From the NCBI GenBank assembly GCA_002422165.1, contig DITQ01000001.1, positions 7,919 to 71,918 on the forward strand: 64,000 nucleotides of DNA, read 5' to 3'. The position numbers and the translations under genes were made by a program. The stretch comes from Candidatus Pacebacteria bacterium UBA6180 (GTDB lineage: Bacteria > Patescibacteriota > Microgenomatia > UBA1400 > PJMF01). Below are positions 18,318-27,735 of this stretch, piece by piece. The first letter of the stretch is position 1, and every line of letters begins with the position of its first letter. Under the pieces are notes generated by a model, which saw nothing but the letters and a program-made list of their open reading frames with translations, did no database searches and was not told where the DNA came from.

Positions 18318-19709
18318 ATGCTGATAGACGATACATTGGCTATATCGCCAGTTGACGGTCGCTACCGAAAAAAGACAAGCTCACTTCGCACCCATTTTTC
18401 CGAAGCCGCTTTAATTTCTCTTAGAATCAAAATTGAATTGTTGTATTTGCGGCAGCTGGACAAGCACGGCGTTATTGCTTCTTTGACCGATGCTGAAAAA
18501 GCCGTTTGCCAAAAATTAGCTGTCTACGACGAGGCAGCGATTATCCGAGTCAAAGAAATTGAAGAAAAGACTCATCACGATGTCAAAGCCGTCGAGTACT
18601 ATTTGCGCGAGCAGTTTGAGAAAGCAGGCTTAGACCGCCTTATTTCCCACTTACACTTCGCTATTACCTCAGAAGATATTAATAACTTGGCTTATCGTCT
18701 GATGCTTAGTGGTGGTTTGCGCGAAGTGATTTGGCCAAGCTTGTTGGAAGTTTTGACAAAGCTCGCCACTCAAGTCGAAAAATACGCGGAGTTACCAATG
18801 TTGGCGCGCACTCACGGTCAGGCGGCGATCCCGACGACTTTTGGCAAAGAGTTGGCAGTTTTTGCAGAGCGTCTCCTACCACTTTTGATAGAAATTAAAG
18901 AGATTAGACTAAAAGGCAAGCTTAGTGGCGCAGTCGGTGGTTACCAAGCGATGCAGCTAGCTCATAAAGAAGTGAATTGGCCAAAGCTAAGTCGCGAACT
19001 AGTTGGCGAGATCGGCTTTGATTTGGCAGAAGTGACTACGCAAATTTCGCCAGCAGATGATTTAGTCAAAGTTTTCAGTATTTTTTACCGCCTAAATGGC
19101 ATTCTACTTGATCTAAATCAAGATATTTGGCGCTACATTAGCGATGGCTGGTTGGTGCAGATCGGCAAGGAAGAATTTATTGGTTCCAGCACCATGCCGC
19201 AAAAAATTAACCCGATAGAATTTGAAAATTCAGAAGGCAATCTGGTGATGGCCAACGCTCTTCTCGAGGGAATGATGCGTAAGTTGCCGATTAGCCGTTT
19301 ACAGAGGGATTTATCGGAGAGCACGGTTTTGCGCAACATAGGCAGTGTTTTTGCTTACTGTTTGCTGGCTTACCAGAGTTTGAGTGGGGGTTTGAGCAAA
19401 CTAGCGGCAGATGAAAAAGCCATGCAGCAGGCTCTTGAAGCTAACTACAACATTCTGACTGAAGCCTGGCAAACGCTGGCGCGTAAAAATGGCGACAGAC
19501 AGGCTTACGAAAAAATAGCCAAATTGGCCAAAAACAAAGTGTTGACCAAAGAGGCATGGCTAGAATTAAGCAAAGGCATGGGGCAAGAATTAGAGCAGCT
19601 AAATACAAGTAATTATCTTGGCCTGTCGGTGCAATTAGCCAAGCAAACTGTCAACAAAGTTGGCAAATTTATCAAAGTGAATTCCAAGTTACTAATATCA
19701 ACTAAATAA
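18318..19709 (+). CDS. purB: Adenylosuccinate lyase
   Basis: ISPVDGRY, HDVKAVEY, TSEDINN, ARTHGQ, GSSTMPQKINPIEFENSEGN. Confidence 0.96.
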   Translation: MLIDDTLAISPVDGRYRKKTSSLRTHFSEAALISLRIKIELLYLRQLDKHGVIASLTDAEKAVCQKLAVYDEAAIIRVKEIEEKTHHDVKAVEYYLREQFEKAGLDRLISHLHFAITSEDINNLAYRLMLSGGLREVIWPSLLEVLTKLATQVEKYAELPMLARTHGQAAIPTTFGKELAVFAERLLPLLIEIKEIRLKGKLSGAVGGYQAMQLAHKEVNWPKLSRELVGEIGFDLAEVTTQISPADDLVKVFSIFYRLNGILLDLNQDIWRYISDGWLVQIGKEEFIGSSTMPQKINPIEFENSEGNLVMANALLEGMMRKLPISRLQRDLSESTVLRNIGSVFAYCLLAYQSLSGGLSKLAADEKAMQQALEANYNILTEAWQTLARKNGDRQAYEKIAKLAKNKVLTKEAWLELSKGMGQELEQLNTSNYLGLSVQLAKQTVNKVGKFIKVNSKLLISTK

Positions 19710-19721
19710 GGAATTGAAATC

Positions 19722-21176
19722 ATGACCAATGGTTTTTTAAGTGCTTACAATGCAGTTTATAAGAAGGGCCAACTTTTTGGCGCGAACCGGAAACTAGATC
19801 ATGATCCCTTCACCAAAGCGGGTCGCAGGGCCAACTCCATCGCCGTAGTAGGTGGTGCTCTGGGTGATGAGGGTAAGGGTAGAATTACCGATGAGTTGAC
19901 CGCCTTGTTTCTGAAAGAACACCAGAGTGTTTTTCACTACCGTGACAATGGTGGTGCCAACGCTGGCCACACCATCGCTGTTGGGGACAAAAAAATTGCT
20001 TTACACCAGCTTGGTTCGGGCGTTTTGCAAAAGGGTTGCACGGTGGTGCTTGGCAAAGAAATGGTGATTCATCCCCAAGATTTGGTTTTGGAAATCAAAG
20101 AAGTCGAGAAAGTTTTGGATGGCCAGCCTATGCCAGCCAAACTGCTGATCGATAAGATGGCCCTGCTCTGCCTAGATACGCACCGGGCCTTCGAAGCGGT
20201 GCTCAAGATGAAAGCCACCGGTAGTAAAGCCGCCACTGGCCGCGGCATTTCTTCAGCTTACGCTGATGTCATTTATCGCAATCCGCTGCGACTGCGCGAT
20301 CTATTCGCCAAAGATTGGCAGGATCGTGTCAAAGCTCACTTCAGTCACTACCAGATGTTGTGTCAGGGTTTTGGCTTCGAGTTGACGAGCGTGGAAGTGC
20401 CGCGACTCGATGGCTCGATGGTCAAAGTGGGTGATTCGATAGAATTTAGCAAGCAGTTAGCCACCGCCAAAAAAACTCTCCAACCCTTCGTCAGCGAAGT
20501 GCAGTCGCTCATCAAGCAAACTTGGCAAGGGCAAACCCCGATGGTTTTCGAAAAGGCGCAAGCTTTGGGACTGGATACACGCTACGGCGTCTACCCTGAC
20601 GTGACCGCTTCCAACTGCGGTTTCGATGGCATTTATTCCTCGACTGAAGGGGCGGTGGACGATCAACTCTTGGCAGTTAAGGCTGCCACCATCAAGGCCA
20701 CTTACACTTCGAGTGTGGGGACGCGGGTCTTGCCGACGATGATGGAGGAGGGTTTGGCCAAACGCATTCGCGAAGATGCCAACGAGTATGGAGCGACCAC
20801 TAAGCGACCGCGCGACATCGCCTACATTGATTTGCCGATGTTGTCCTACTTATTTCGCGTGGGTCGGGTTGAATACTTGACTCTCACCCACTTGGACATC
20901 GCTTATCCGGAAGTGCCAATCAAAGTTTGCGTGGCTTATGAAAAAGACGGCCAAGAAGTCGAGTACCGCCCCGACCAAGAATACCTCAATCAAGTCACCG
21001 CTAAATATATCGAGCTGCCGAGTTTTGATGGTCAGGCTTTGACCAGAGTTACCAAAATGAGTGACTTGCCCAAAGCAGCATTGCAGTTTGTGGCCTTTTT
21101 GACCAGAAGCTTACAAGTTCAGCCACTCCTCGTAAGTGTAGGGCCCAAACGCGACCAGACGATTAAGTATTATTAA
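19722..21176 (+). CDS. purA: Adenylosuccinate synthetase (divergent)
   Basis: GDEGKG, GGANAGHT, YPDVTAS, EYGATT.RPR, SVGP.R. Confidence 0.93.
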   Translation: MTNGFLSAYNAVYKKGQLFGANRKLDHDPFTKAGRRANSIAVVGGALGDEGKGRITDELTALFLKEHQSVFHYRDNGGANAGHTIAVGDKKIALHQLGSGVLQKGCTVVLGKEMVIHPQDLVLEIKEVEKVLDGQPMPAKLLIDKMALLCLDTHRAFEAVLKMKATGSKAATGRGISSAYADVIYRNPLRLRDLFAKDWQDRVKAHFSHYQMLCQGFGFELTSVEVPRLDGSMVKVGDSIEFSKQLATAKKTLQPFVSEVQSLIKQTWQGQTPMVFEKAQALGLDTRYGVYPDVTASNCGFDGIYSSTEGAVDDQLLAVKAATIKATYTSSVGTRVLPTMMEEGLAKRIREDANEYGATTKRPRDIAYIDLPMLSYLFRVGRVEYLTLTHLDIAYPEVPIKVCVAYEKDGQEVEYRPDQEYLNQVTAKYIELPSFDGQALTRVTKMSDLPKAALQFVAFLTRSLQVQPLLVSVGPKRDQTIKYY

Positions 21177-21201
21177 TTAATTTATAAAAGGAATAAACTT
21201 G

Positions 21202-22254
21202 ATGTCTACCACTTTTTACAAATACCTCGGTCAGACTGAAAATTGGCCAGATATTAGCAGCGCTCACCCAGCCAGCCTCACCTACGATGACGTTTTAATT
21301 ATGCCCCAGGCCGAAACCAAAATTGGCTCACGCCGCGAGACGGATATTTCAGTCCAATTTGGGCCATTTAAGTTGCAGAAGCCGATCGTCACTGCTCCCA
21401 TGGATACGGTCAGTGGTGAAAAAATGGCCGCTCTTATGCATCGCTTGGGTGGTTTGACCTTTATGCCACGCGTTTTCGTCAATGAAGCTTTGGCAGCTGC
21501 CGCTCGTTTGCATAAAGCTAAAATCGACGCTGTTTACTCGATTGGGCTCAAGGATGCTTTGAAAAATGCCACCGCCTTCAAAAAGCTTGGCGCCAAAGCC
21601 ATTTTGCTCGATGTGGCACATGGTGGGATGAGCGACATCATAAGTACTGCCGCTGAAATTCAAAGCAAACTCAAATTAACTGTCATCGCTGGCAATATCG
21701 TCAGCTATGATCAAGCCATGTCCTACAAGAAAGCCGGTCTAACCATCGCTCGCGTTGGTGTGGGCGGCGGTGGGATGTGCATTACTCGTTTGGTGGCTGG
21801 AGCTGGTTTTCCGCAGCTCTCAGCAGTTTTCGAGACGACTGCTTCTGGTTTGGAAGTAATTGCTGACGGTGGAATTCGCAAGCCAGCAGACTTCGCCAAA
21901 GCCATCGCTGCAGGGGCCAGGGTGATCATGGTTGGCTCGATGCTGGCAGGTACCGAGGAAGCGCCCGGCGAAGTAGTCGGTGGAGCCAAGAAGGCTCGCG
22001 GTCAAGCCTCTGAGGATTACATGAAAGACAATGGTTCTAAGATGGGCGAATTCCGCAGCGCCGAAGGCATTATGACCATGGTCTCCCTCAAAGGTTCAGC
22101 GGAGTGGATCATCAATGATTTAGTGGGCGGTTTGCGCTCAGCCATGTCTTACACCGGCGCCAAAAACATTCAGGAGTTTCAAGCCAAAACCCAGTTCGTG
22201 GTGGCCTCTACAGCTGCCCAAGGTGAAGGTGTGGCGCATATTGAGAAGAGGTAA
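21202..22254 (+). CDS. IMPDH/GMP reductase family enzyme without CBS domains (likely GMP reductase)
   Basis: LTYDDVL, APMDTV, DVAHG, GVGGGGMCITR, IADGGI, LRSAMSYTGA. Confidence 0.88.
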   Translation: MSTTFYKYLGQTENWPDISSAHPASLTYDDVLIMPQAETKIGSRRETDISVQFGPFKLQKPIVTAPMDTVSGEKMAALMHRLGGLTFMPRVFVNEALAAAARLHKAKIDAVYSIGLKDALKNATAFKKLGAKAILLDVAHGGMSDIISTAAEIQSKLKLTVIAGNIVSYDQAMSYKKAGLTIARVGVGGGGMCITRLVAGAGFPQLSAVFETTASGLEVIADGGIRKPADFAKAIAAGARVIMVGSMLAGTEEAPGEVVGGAKKARGQASEDYMKDNGSKMGEFRSAEGIMTMVSLKGSAEWIINDLVGGLRSAMSYTGAKNIQEFQAKTQFVVASTAAQGEGVAHIEKR

Positions 22255-22278
22255 GCTAGGCGTATAATGGACGCTCAT

Positions 22279-23973
22279 ATGTCCAAATTGCCAACTTCTC
22301 TAGCTGATCAGCTAGCCAAATTTATTTCATCTCAAGCTTTGCTCTGTAGTGGGAGGGTGGAAGACACTGCTTCTCAGGAGAGAATGACTCTCAACTTTCG
22401 CTTTGCCGAGAAGTTGGCCACACTACATTATCAATCTCGCATTGCTAGAGCCAGCGAATTAGATTCGAAGGAAGTGGCAAAAGCTCAAGAAATAGCCAGA
22501 AAATACATTGGTGCTGACAATCATGATTTTTTTGCTACCTGCGTCGATGGACGCAACATGCCGACGGTGATGTTTTCCAAGCCGCCACATGTGGGCGGGG
22601 TGCTGCGTTCTCCAGCTGGAATTTTGAGTGGTTTTATGACTGGTCAAAAGCGCGATTCAGTTTTTATTGACTATTCCACTTTTGTGGTTCGTCAAATTAG
22701 CAAGCTGCTTCGAGAAAAAGCTAGCGGCACCATTTTTTATGGTTTAGATTCGCATCTCGCCTGTGCCGCGCGCGGCCAAATTCACGAGACCGAAGGCGGT
22801 CGCCAAGCTGATGCTGGCCTGCGCTCAGATATTTTGAGCAAGCTGATGATGGCGCGCGGCATTTTACGCTTGCGTCAGGAATTGCTAGAGCAGGGCCAGG
22901 AGGTTGCCGAGGTGATTCCGACTTTCTTTTCTTTTGATCCTCATTCTGGTGGAGTGTGGTTTGGTCTGGAAACGCAAGTGCAGCAAGCGACTTTGGCCGC
23001 TGACGGCTACACGGACAAGCAACTGCAGCAGCTAGTAAAAACTGGCGCCGTGATTAGCAGCTTCTCTCTATTGCAAGAGCCTCTGGTTCATGAAGCTTTG
23101 AGTAAAGTGCTTGAGGCAGAGAGCGCTGACTTCAGGAATAATTATGCAGCCTCACTGCAGAAAAATTGGCAAGCGATTGAAGCTTTGTACGACGAAGGCA
23201 ACAGTCAGTTGTTTAAGTACTTGCTGGAAAAAATGACCGCCATCTACCAAAAAGCTGGTTGGTTAATTTCTGATCTCGATTCTTTTGATCAACAAAACAT
23301 TTCCAAGCGCACTTTGCGTCAGAAAAGTAAATTTTTGCTCAAAAATTTAGTGACCAGATACTCGATTGCTGGGGTGCAGAAGAAGTGGCCTTTTGATCAC
23401 CACCAAGAAGAAATGGTGGTGATTACTGATGGTGGCTACGCTCCTTTTCCAGTTACTGATGCTTTTGCAGTTTTTTCGCGCGACCTCAATGGCTTACTGC
23501 CAAATACTAAGCTAACCATTGATCTAATTCGCAGTTCACGTCGTCAACAGAAACTGCACAATCCTTTCAAAGAAATTACTTTCAGTCAGGCAGATTTTGT
23601 AGCGGCGCCAGTCCTGATTTCCAACAAAGCAATTGTCAAAGGTCTTAGTCAAGCTGACTGGGATCAGCTGAGCGAAATTGGCTTGAGTGAAATTTTTAAG
23701 CGGTTAAACTGGGACGATCAAGTTGTTTTAGCTTGGCGTAAATCTGATGTCGCCAAGTTAGTGCTTGCTTTGGCAAGTCAAAAAAATATCCAGCTTGATT
23801 TGGCTGGTTCATTGCGCTTAATTGATGGTATCTACGAGCTGTTTGACCGCATGCGCTTGCTTCTGAAAGATAAATATTTCCGCCAGATGATGTTTAGTGG
23901 TAGCGTCTTGGTACTCAATACCATCGTCGATGGCAATCGTTTTCCGCGAATGATTCTGAACGTGGCAGTTTAA
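22279..23973 (+). CDS. Hypothetical protein with beta-carbonic anhydrase-like Zn motifs
   Basis: CVDGR and HLAC motifs; alternative start 22267 overlaps a TATAAT box. Confidence 0.6.
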   Translation: MSKLPTSLADQLAKFISSQALLCSGRVEDTASQERMTLNFRFAEKLATLHYQSRIARASELDSKEVAKAQEIARKYIGADNHDFFATCVDGRNMPTVMFSKPPHVGGVLRSPAGILSGFMTGQKRDSVFIDYSTFVVRQISKLLREKASGTIFYGLDSHLACAARGQIHETEGGRQADAGLRSDILSKLMMARGILRLRQELLEQGQEVAEVIPTFFSFDPHSGGVWFGLETQVQQATLAADGYTDKQLQQLVKTGAVISSFSLLQEPLVHEALSKVLEAESADFRNNYAASLQKNWQAIEALYDEGNSQLFKYLLEKMTAIYQKAGWLISDLDSFDQQNISKRTLRQKSKFLLKNLVTRYSIAGVQKKWPFDHHQEEMVVITDGGYAPFPVTDAFAVFSRDLNGLLPNTKLTIDLIRSSRRQQKLHNPFKEITFSQADFVAAPVLISNKAIVKGLSQADWDQLSEIGLSEIFKRLNWDDQVVLAWRKSDVAKLVLALASQKNIQLDLAGSLRLIDGIYELFDRMRLLLKDKYFRQMMFSGSVLVLNTIVDGNRFPRMILNVAV

Positions 23974-25655
23974 TTCTGCGGCGCTCTCGCACACCATTCC
24001 TGTAGCTCTACCTGCTTAGTGTCGTAGAAATAAAAACTGGCTTTCGGCGCATGGAAACGGTTGGCGGTGTAGATGACGTCGAGAGGCGTGAGGTCTTGCA
24101 CTGGAAGCGGTTCGTGATTGATCAACAAGGTGTTTTCGAGACAGTAATCAGTTTTATTTGGTGCGTCGAAGCGAATTTTACCTAAGTGATCGAGGCGAGT
24201 GTTGAAGCTATCCGTGCCTGCACGCATAGCCGCTTGGTAATCTAGTGGATCAAGCGGTGTGAAAAAAGCGAGGAAAATATGTGGCTGACCATAATGCGTG
24301 GTCAAGACAATTTGCTCATAGAGACCTTGGTAAGCTTGAATTTTGGTCACTAACTGATCGTGATCGGCTTGCCAGAAATGAGCGGTTTCTTCTCCATAAA
24401 AAGCAAAATAATAGAGCATTTGGCGATTAAACTCGAGCGCGCCATAAAGAGCTACAATCGCCACTAGTGAGTACAGCTGCCAGTTTTTGTTTTGCAGTTG
24501 CACTCGCGCGAAGCGGTAGCTAGCAGCCAGGCCGATAACTGTGCATAACTGTAAAGCCGGCAACAGAGGTAAACTACGCAAACCGTGAGGCGCATCTTGA
24601 CTCAGGCTGGCGGGCAGCGGTGCCAGCAAAATCCAAGCTAAAAGCAGCAAGTCGCTTGGCTTGCGTCGCCACAGCAATATCCCTATTCCGATTAGCAGAA
24701 AAGGTAAGCTAACCAAAGGCAGTTTGTGCAACGGATAAATACTAATGCGTGGTGTGGCATCTTCACCGAAAAACAAGAAATCAGCACTGAAGTGAGCGAG
24801 GTAGCGCTCTAAGACTTCTTGACTATAAAAAACGATAGGATTGGCAAAAGACTGGCGAAGTGGCCAACCAAGAACTGTCGAGCGATAAGTCAGTTCAGTC
24901 TGTCGCTGCTGCTGCGATTCCCCAGCAAAAATAGAAACTGCTTGCGGTCGCGCCATGATTTGTGAACGACTGAGTTCGACTAGCAGTGGTGCAATAGTCA
25001 GCAGGCAGGCAGCTAGGCCGATGACAACTTGTTTTTTGTGGGCGAGCAACCACTTCCGATAAATAACCGCGTAGGCGAGCAAGAGTAAGGGCAGAAACAG
25101 GCGCAAACTGTGATACCAGTAGAGACTAAAGCCAAGGATAGAAGCAGTCAGGGGTAGATTTTTGGCCCAATTTTTTTCTCTGACTAAGAGACCCATGCCC
25201 CAGAGTAGTAGCGGCAAAGCAGCGTACCACTCGAGAGTGAAGCGAGAGAGGTGGATGGTTAGCGGAGAAAAGGCCATCAAAGCTGCTGCAGCCAGGGCGG
25301 CGCGGCGATTGCTGGTCCAAGCAAGCGCCATGAAGTAGGCGGCCAAAATGGCGCTTGTGCCGATGAAGACATTGAGGATGCGGACGGAGAAAATTGACAA
25401 GCCGAGTTCACGAATGATGGGTACGATGAGAATACTGTAGAGGCCAGTTTTGAAATCGCCAAAAGACTCGATAAATAATGGCCAAGAGCGACCGAATTCA
25501 TCCTGACCAGTTTGCAGGAGGGCGTAAGCGTTGTAGCCAATAGCCGCTTCATCCCAGTTGAAGCCAGCTGGAATTTGGGTGAGTTTAGTCAGGCGCAAGT
25601 AGAAGCCGCTCGCTGTAATAGCGAGGAGGATGAGTAAGGCGAGTTTTTTTGACAC
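23970..25655 (-). CDS. GT-C (ArnT/PMT-like) membrane glycosyltransferase
   Basis: WDEAAIGYNAY..TGQDEFG, multiple TM segments. Confidence 0.88.
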   Translation of the reverse strand: MSKKLALLILLAITASGFYLRLTKLTQIPAGFNWDEAAIGYNAYALLQTGQDEFGRSWPLFIESFGDFKTGLYSILIVPIIRELGLSIFSVRILNVFIGTSAILAAYFMALAWTSNRRAALAAAALMAFSPLTIHLSRFTLEWYAALPLLLWGMGLLVREKNWAKNLPLTASILGFSLYWYHSLRLFLPLLLLAYAVIYRKWLLAHKKQVVIGLAACLLTIAPLLVELSRSQIMARPQAVSIFAGESQQQRQTELTYRSTVLGWPLRQSFANPIVFYSQEVLERYLAHFSADFLFFGEDATPRISIYPLHKLPLVSLPFLLIGIGILLWRRKPSDLLLLAWILLAPLPASLSQDAPHGLRSLPLLPALQLCTVIGLAASYRFARVQLQNKNWQLYSLVAIVALYGALEFNRQMLYYFAFYGEETAHFWQADHDQLVTKIQAYQGLYEQIVLTTHYGQPHIFLAFFTPLDPLDYQAAMRAGTDSFNTRLDHLGKIRFDAPNKTDYCLENTLLINHEPLPVQDLTPLDVIYTANRFHAPKASFYFYDTKQVELQEWCARAPQN

Positions 25656-25678
25656 AATATTATCTTAACAGATTGGGA

Positions 25679-25758
25679 TATGCACAGCATCTTTTGTACC
25701 AGCTGCTTTTCACAACGCATTATCATGCATTGTAAAAAGGCAGGGTCCAAAATATAAT
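25679..25758 (+). repeat. Hairpin/promoter repeat element, copy 2
   Basis: Same 26-nt 5' end and GGTCCAAAATATAAT 3' end as copy 1; stem shows compensatory changes. Confidence 0.85.
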
Positions 25759-25768
25759 TGCTGGCGAA

Positions 25769-27661
25769 GTGAAAAAAATATTTTCTCAACTTGCTCGCCT
25801 CGAAAATATCGCCTTTGCCTTCTTGCTAATTTTCTTACTCTGGTCGCGACTTTTTCAGCTAAGTAAGTTGCCAGCAACTTTGCCTCACGATGAAATGGTC
25901 TATGCAATTCAGGCTCAGTCTTTTGTTTTACAGGGCAAGACGCTTGATCAAAGGCAAGGTTTTTTTTCGCTTCGCCCTTCGCACATTATGTATGCCGAGT
26001 GGCCGGCACAGGTGATGAGTCTGGGATTTTTACTGAGCAAACAGCCACTTTTGGCCACGCATCTGACCTCAGTGCTAATGGGTTTGACCTTGCCATTTTT
26101 GATGGCTCTACTTGCTTATACTCTGTGGCAGCGAGCAGACATTACCAAAGCGACTTTTATGGTTTTTGTGCTTAGTCCTTTGTTTTGGCAAATGAGCCGT
26201 CTCAGCTACGATTCTTTTTATGCTTTATGGTTTTATGTTGCTGGCGGAGTGTTGTTATTGCAGTCGAAACGATCTTTGGAATTATTAAGTTTGCCAGTTT
26301 TTACCGTTGGTTTTTTTCAGTATCAGGGTTTCAAACTGATACTTTTACCATGGATTGGTTTTTTATTGCTTTTGTGGATTGTGACGCGTTTGCCTGATCA
26401 TAAGCTGCGTTCCTTTTGGCGGGCGATTTTACAGTTGCGCTATAAATTGCTGGCGTTGTTACTTGGGTTGAGCTTAATGCTATTTTATGGCTTAGTTTTA
26501 CTACCAAAACAAGATGCGTCAGTACGGCTATCAAGTTTGATTTTCACCGATACAGAATATTTGAGTAGAGTGGTTGACACTGAACGACGCTTGAGCCTTA
26601 ACAACCCTCTAGCTAGTGTACTCAGTAACAAAGCAACGGCGATTGGTTTGTTTATGCTCCAGCGTTTGGTTGGAGTTTTCAACCCCAACACTTTACTGCT
26701 TCTAATCGAACCCAACGTGAGTGGTTTCAGCGTCTGGACGCACGGTGTGTTTTACTGGGTGGAGTTGGCTTTGCTCTTTGTGGGTTTAGCAGTTTTGTTA
26801 GTGCGTGCGAAGACGCACTTGACTGGTTTAGGGTTGTTGTTTGGCGTTTTGACTTTGTGCTTGCCAGCTTTGATCAACAGCGGTGGTGAGTGGTATTTAC
26901 TGCGCAGCATGTTTAGTTATTTACTGGTGACACTTTTGGCGGCTTGGGGCTTAGTTTATGTTTGGCGACTGCCATTTTGGCGTTACGTAGTATTGGGTGT
27001 TTATTTGCTCAGTGTCTTGAATTTTACTTATCAGTATTTTTATCGTTACCCGATTATTAGTTTGGATTGGGGCAATTTCGACGAGCGAGTGCTAGCGCGC
27101 TACATCGTTTTACACCAGGCTCAGTATCCAGAAGGACAAGTGCGAGTTTATGGGCCAGAGCCAGAGTATGATTTTTGGAGTTACTTGTTTTACAGTCGCT
27201 TGTGATCTGGTGAAACCAAAGATGAAGTTGGCGAAGCGATGCGCCGCTACACGCCATTTGTGAGCAAGGAAGCTGAATATAATCTTGGTAGAGTGACTTT
27301 TAGCAATTTCTGTGCTCCCAACGATTTGGAATTATTGGCCATGTATGACGAGACGGAGCTCACTGTTGGTTTTAGCGTGAGTCAAGATTTAATCATCATT
27401 CGTGGTGGTCATAAAACTTGTCCAGTCGATGCTTACAATCGTCAAGATCAGCCTGACCGAGCCAAGCAAAAACTGCCAGTTTTGTCGATTTCGGCAGTTC
27501 TGGATAGCGGTGAGCGAATGCGTATTTATGGTGACCAGTTATGTTCTGACTTGGCTAGCACCTTTGTCCACGTGCAGTCGCTAGCGCAATTGGATTTGGA
27601 GGAGCAGACAGCATCAGAGTTTTGCGAATTGTGGATTAAGAATTTGAAGCTGGTAAAGTAG
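25769..27661 (+). pseudogene. GT-C glycosyltransferase interrupted by one in-frame TGA (27203-27205)
   Basis: HDEMVY motif and many TMs; reading frame continues ...SRL*SGETKDEVGEAMRR into ORF 27239-27661. Confidence 0.7.
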
Positions 27662-27735
27662 AGCTTATTTTTTAACAACATCAATTTAGCAACAACATCT
27701 TGCACAGTTCTGCTCGCAACTGTTAAACTGAGGAG

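Noticed and set aside
19722-21176. PurZ (2-aminoadenine DNA) pathway
   Set aside because: The catalytic Asp in GDEGKG is retained (PurZ has Ser), and no datZ, mazZ or phage genes are nearby.
27203-27205. Genetic code 25 (TGA=Gly) or selenocysteine
   Set aside because: adk and mnmA end at TGA at the expected lengths and other conserved genes have no internal TGA. The context is not a redox Cys site and no clear SECIS is visible.
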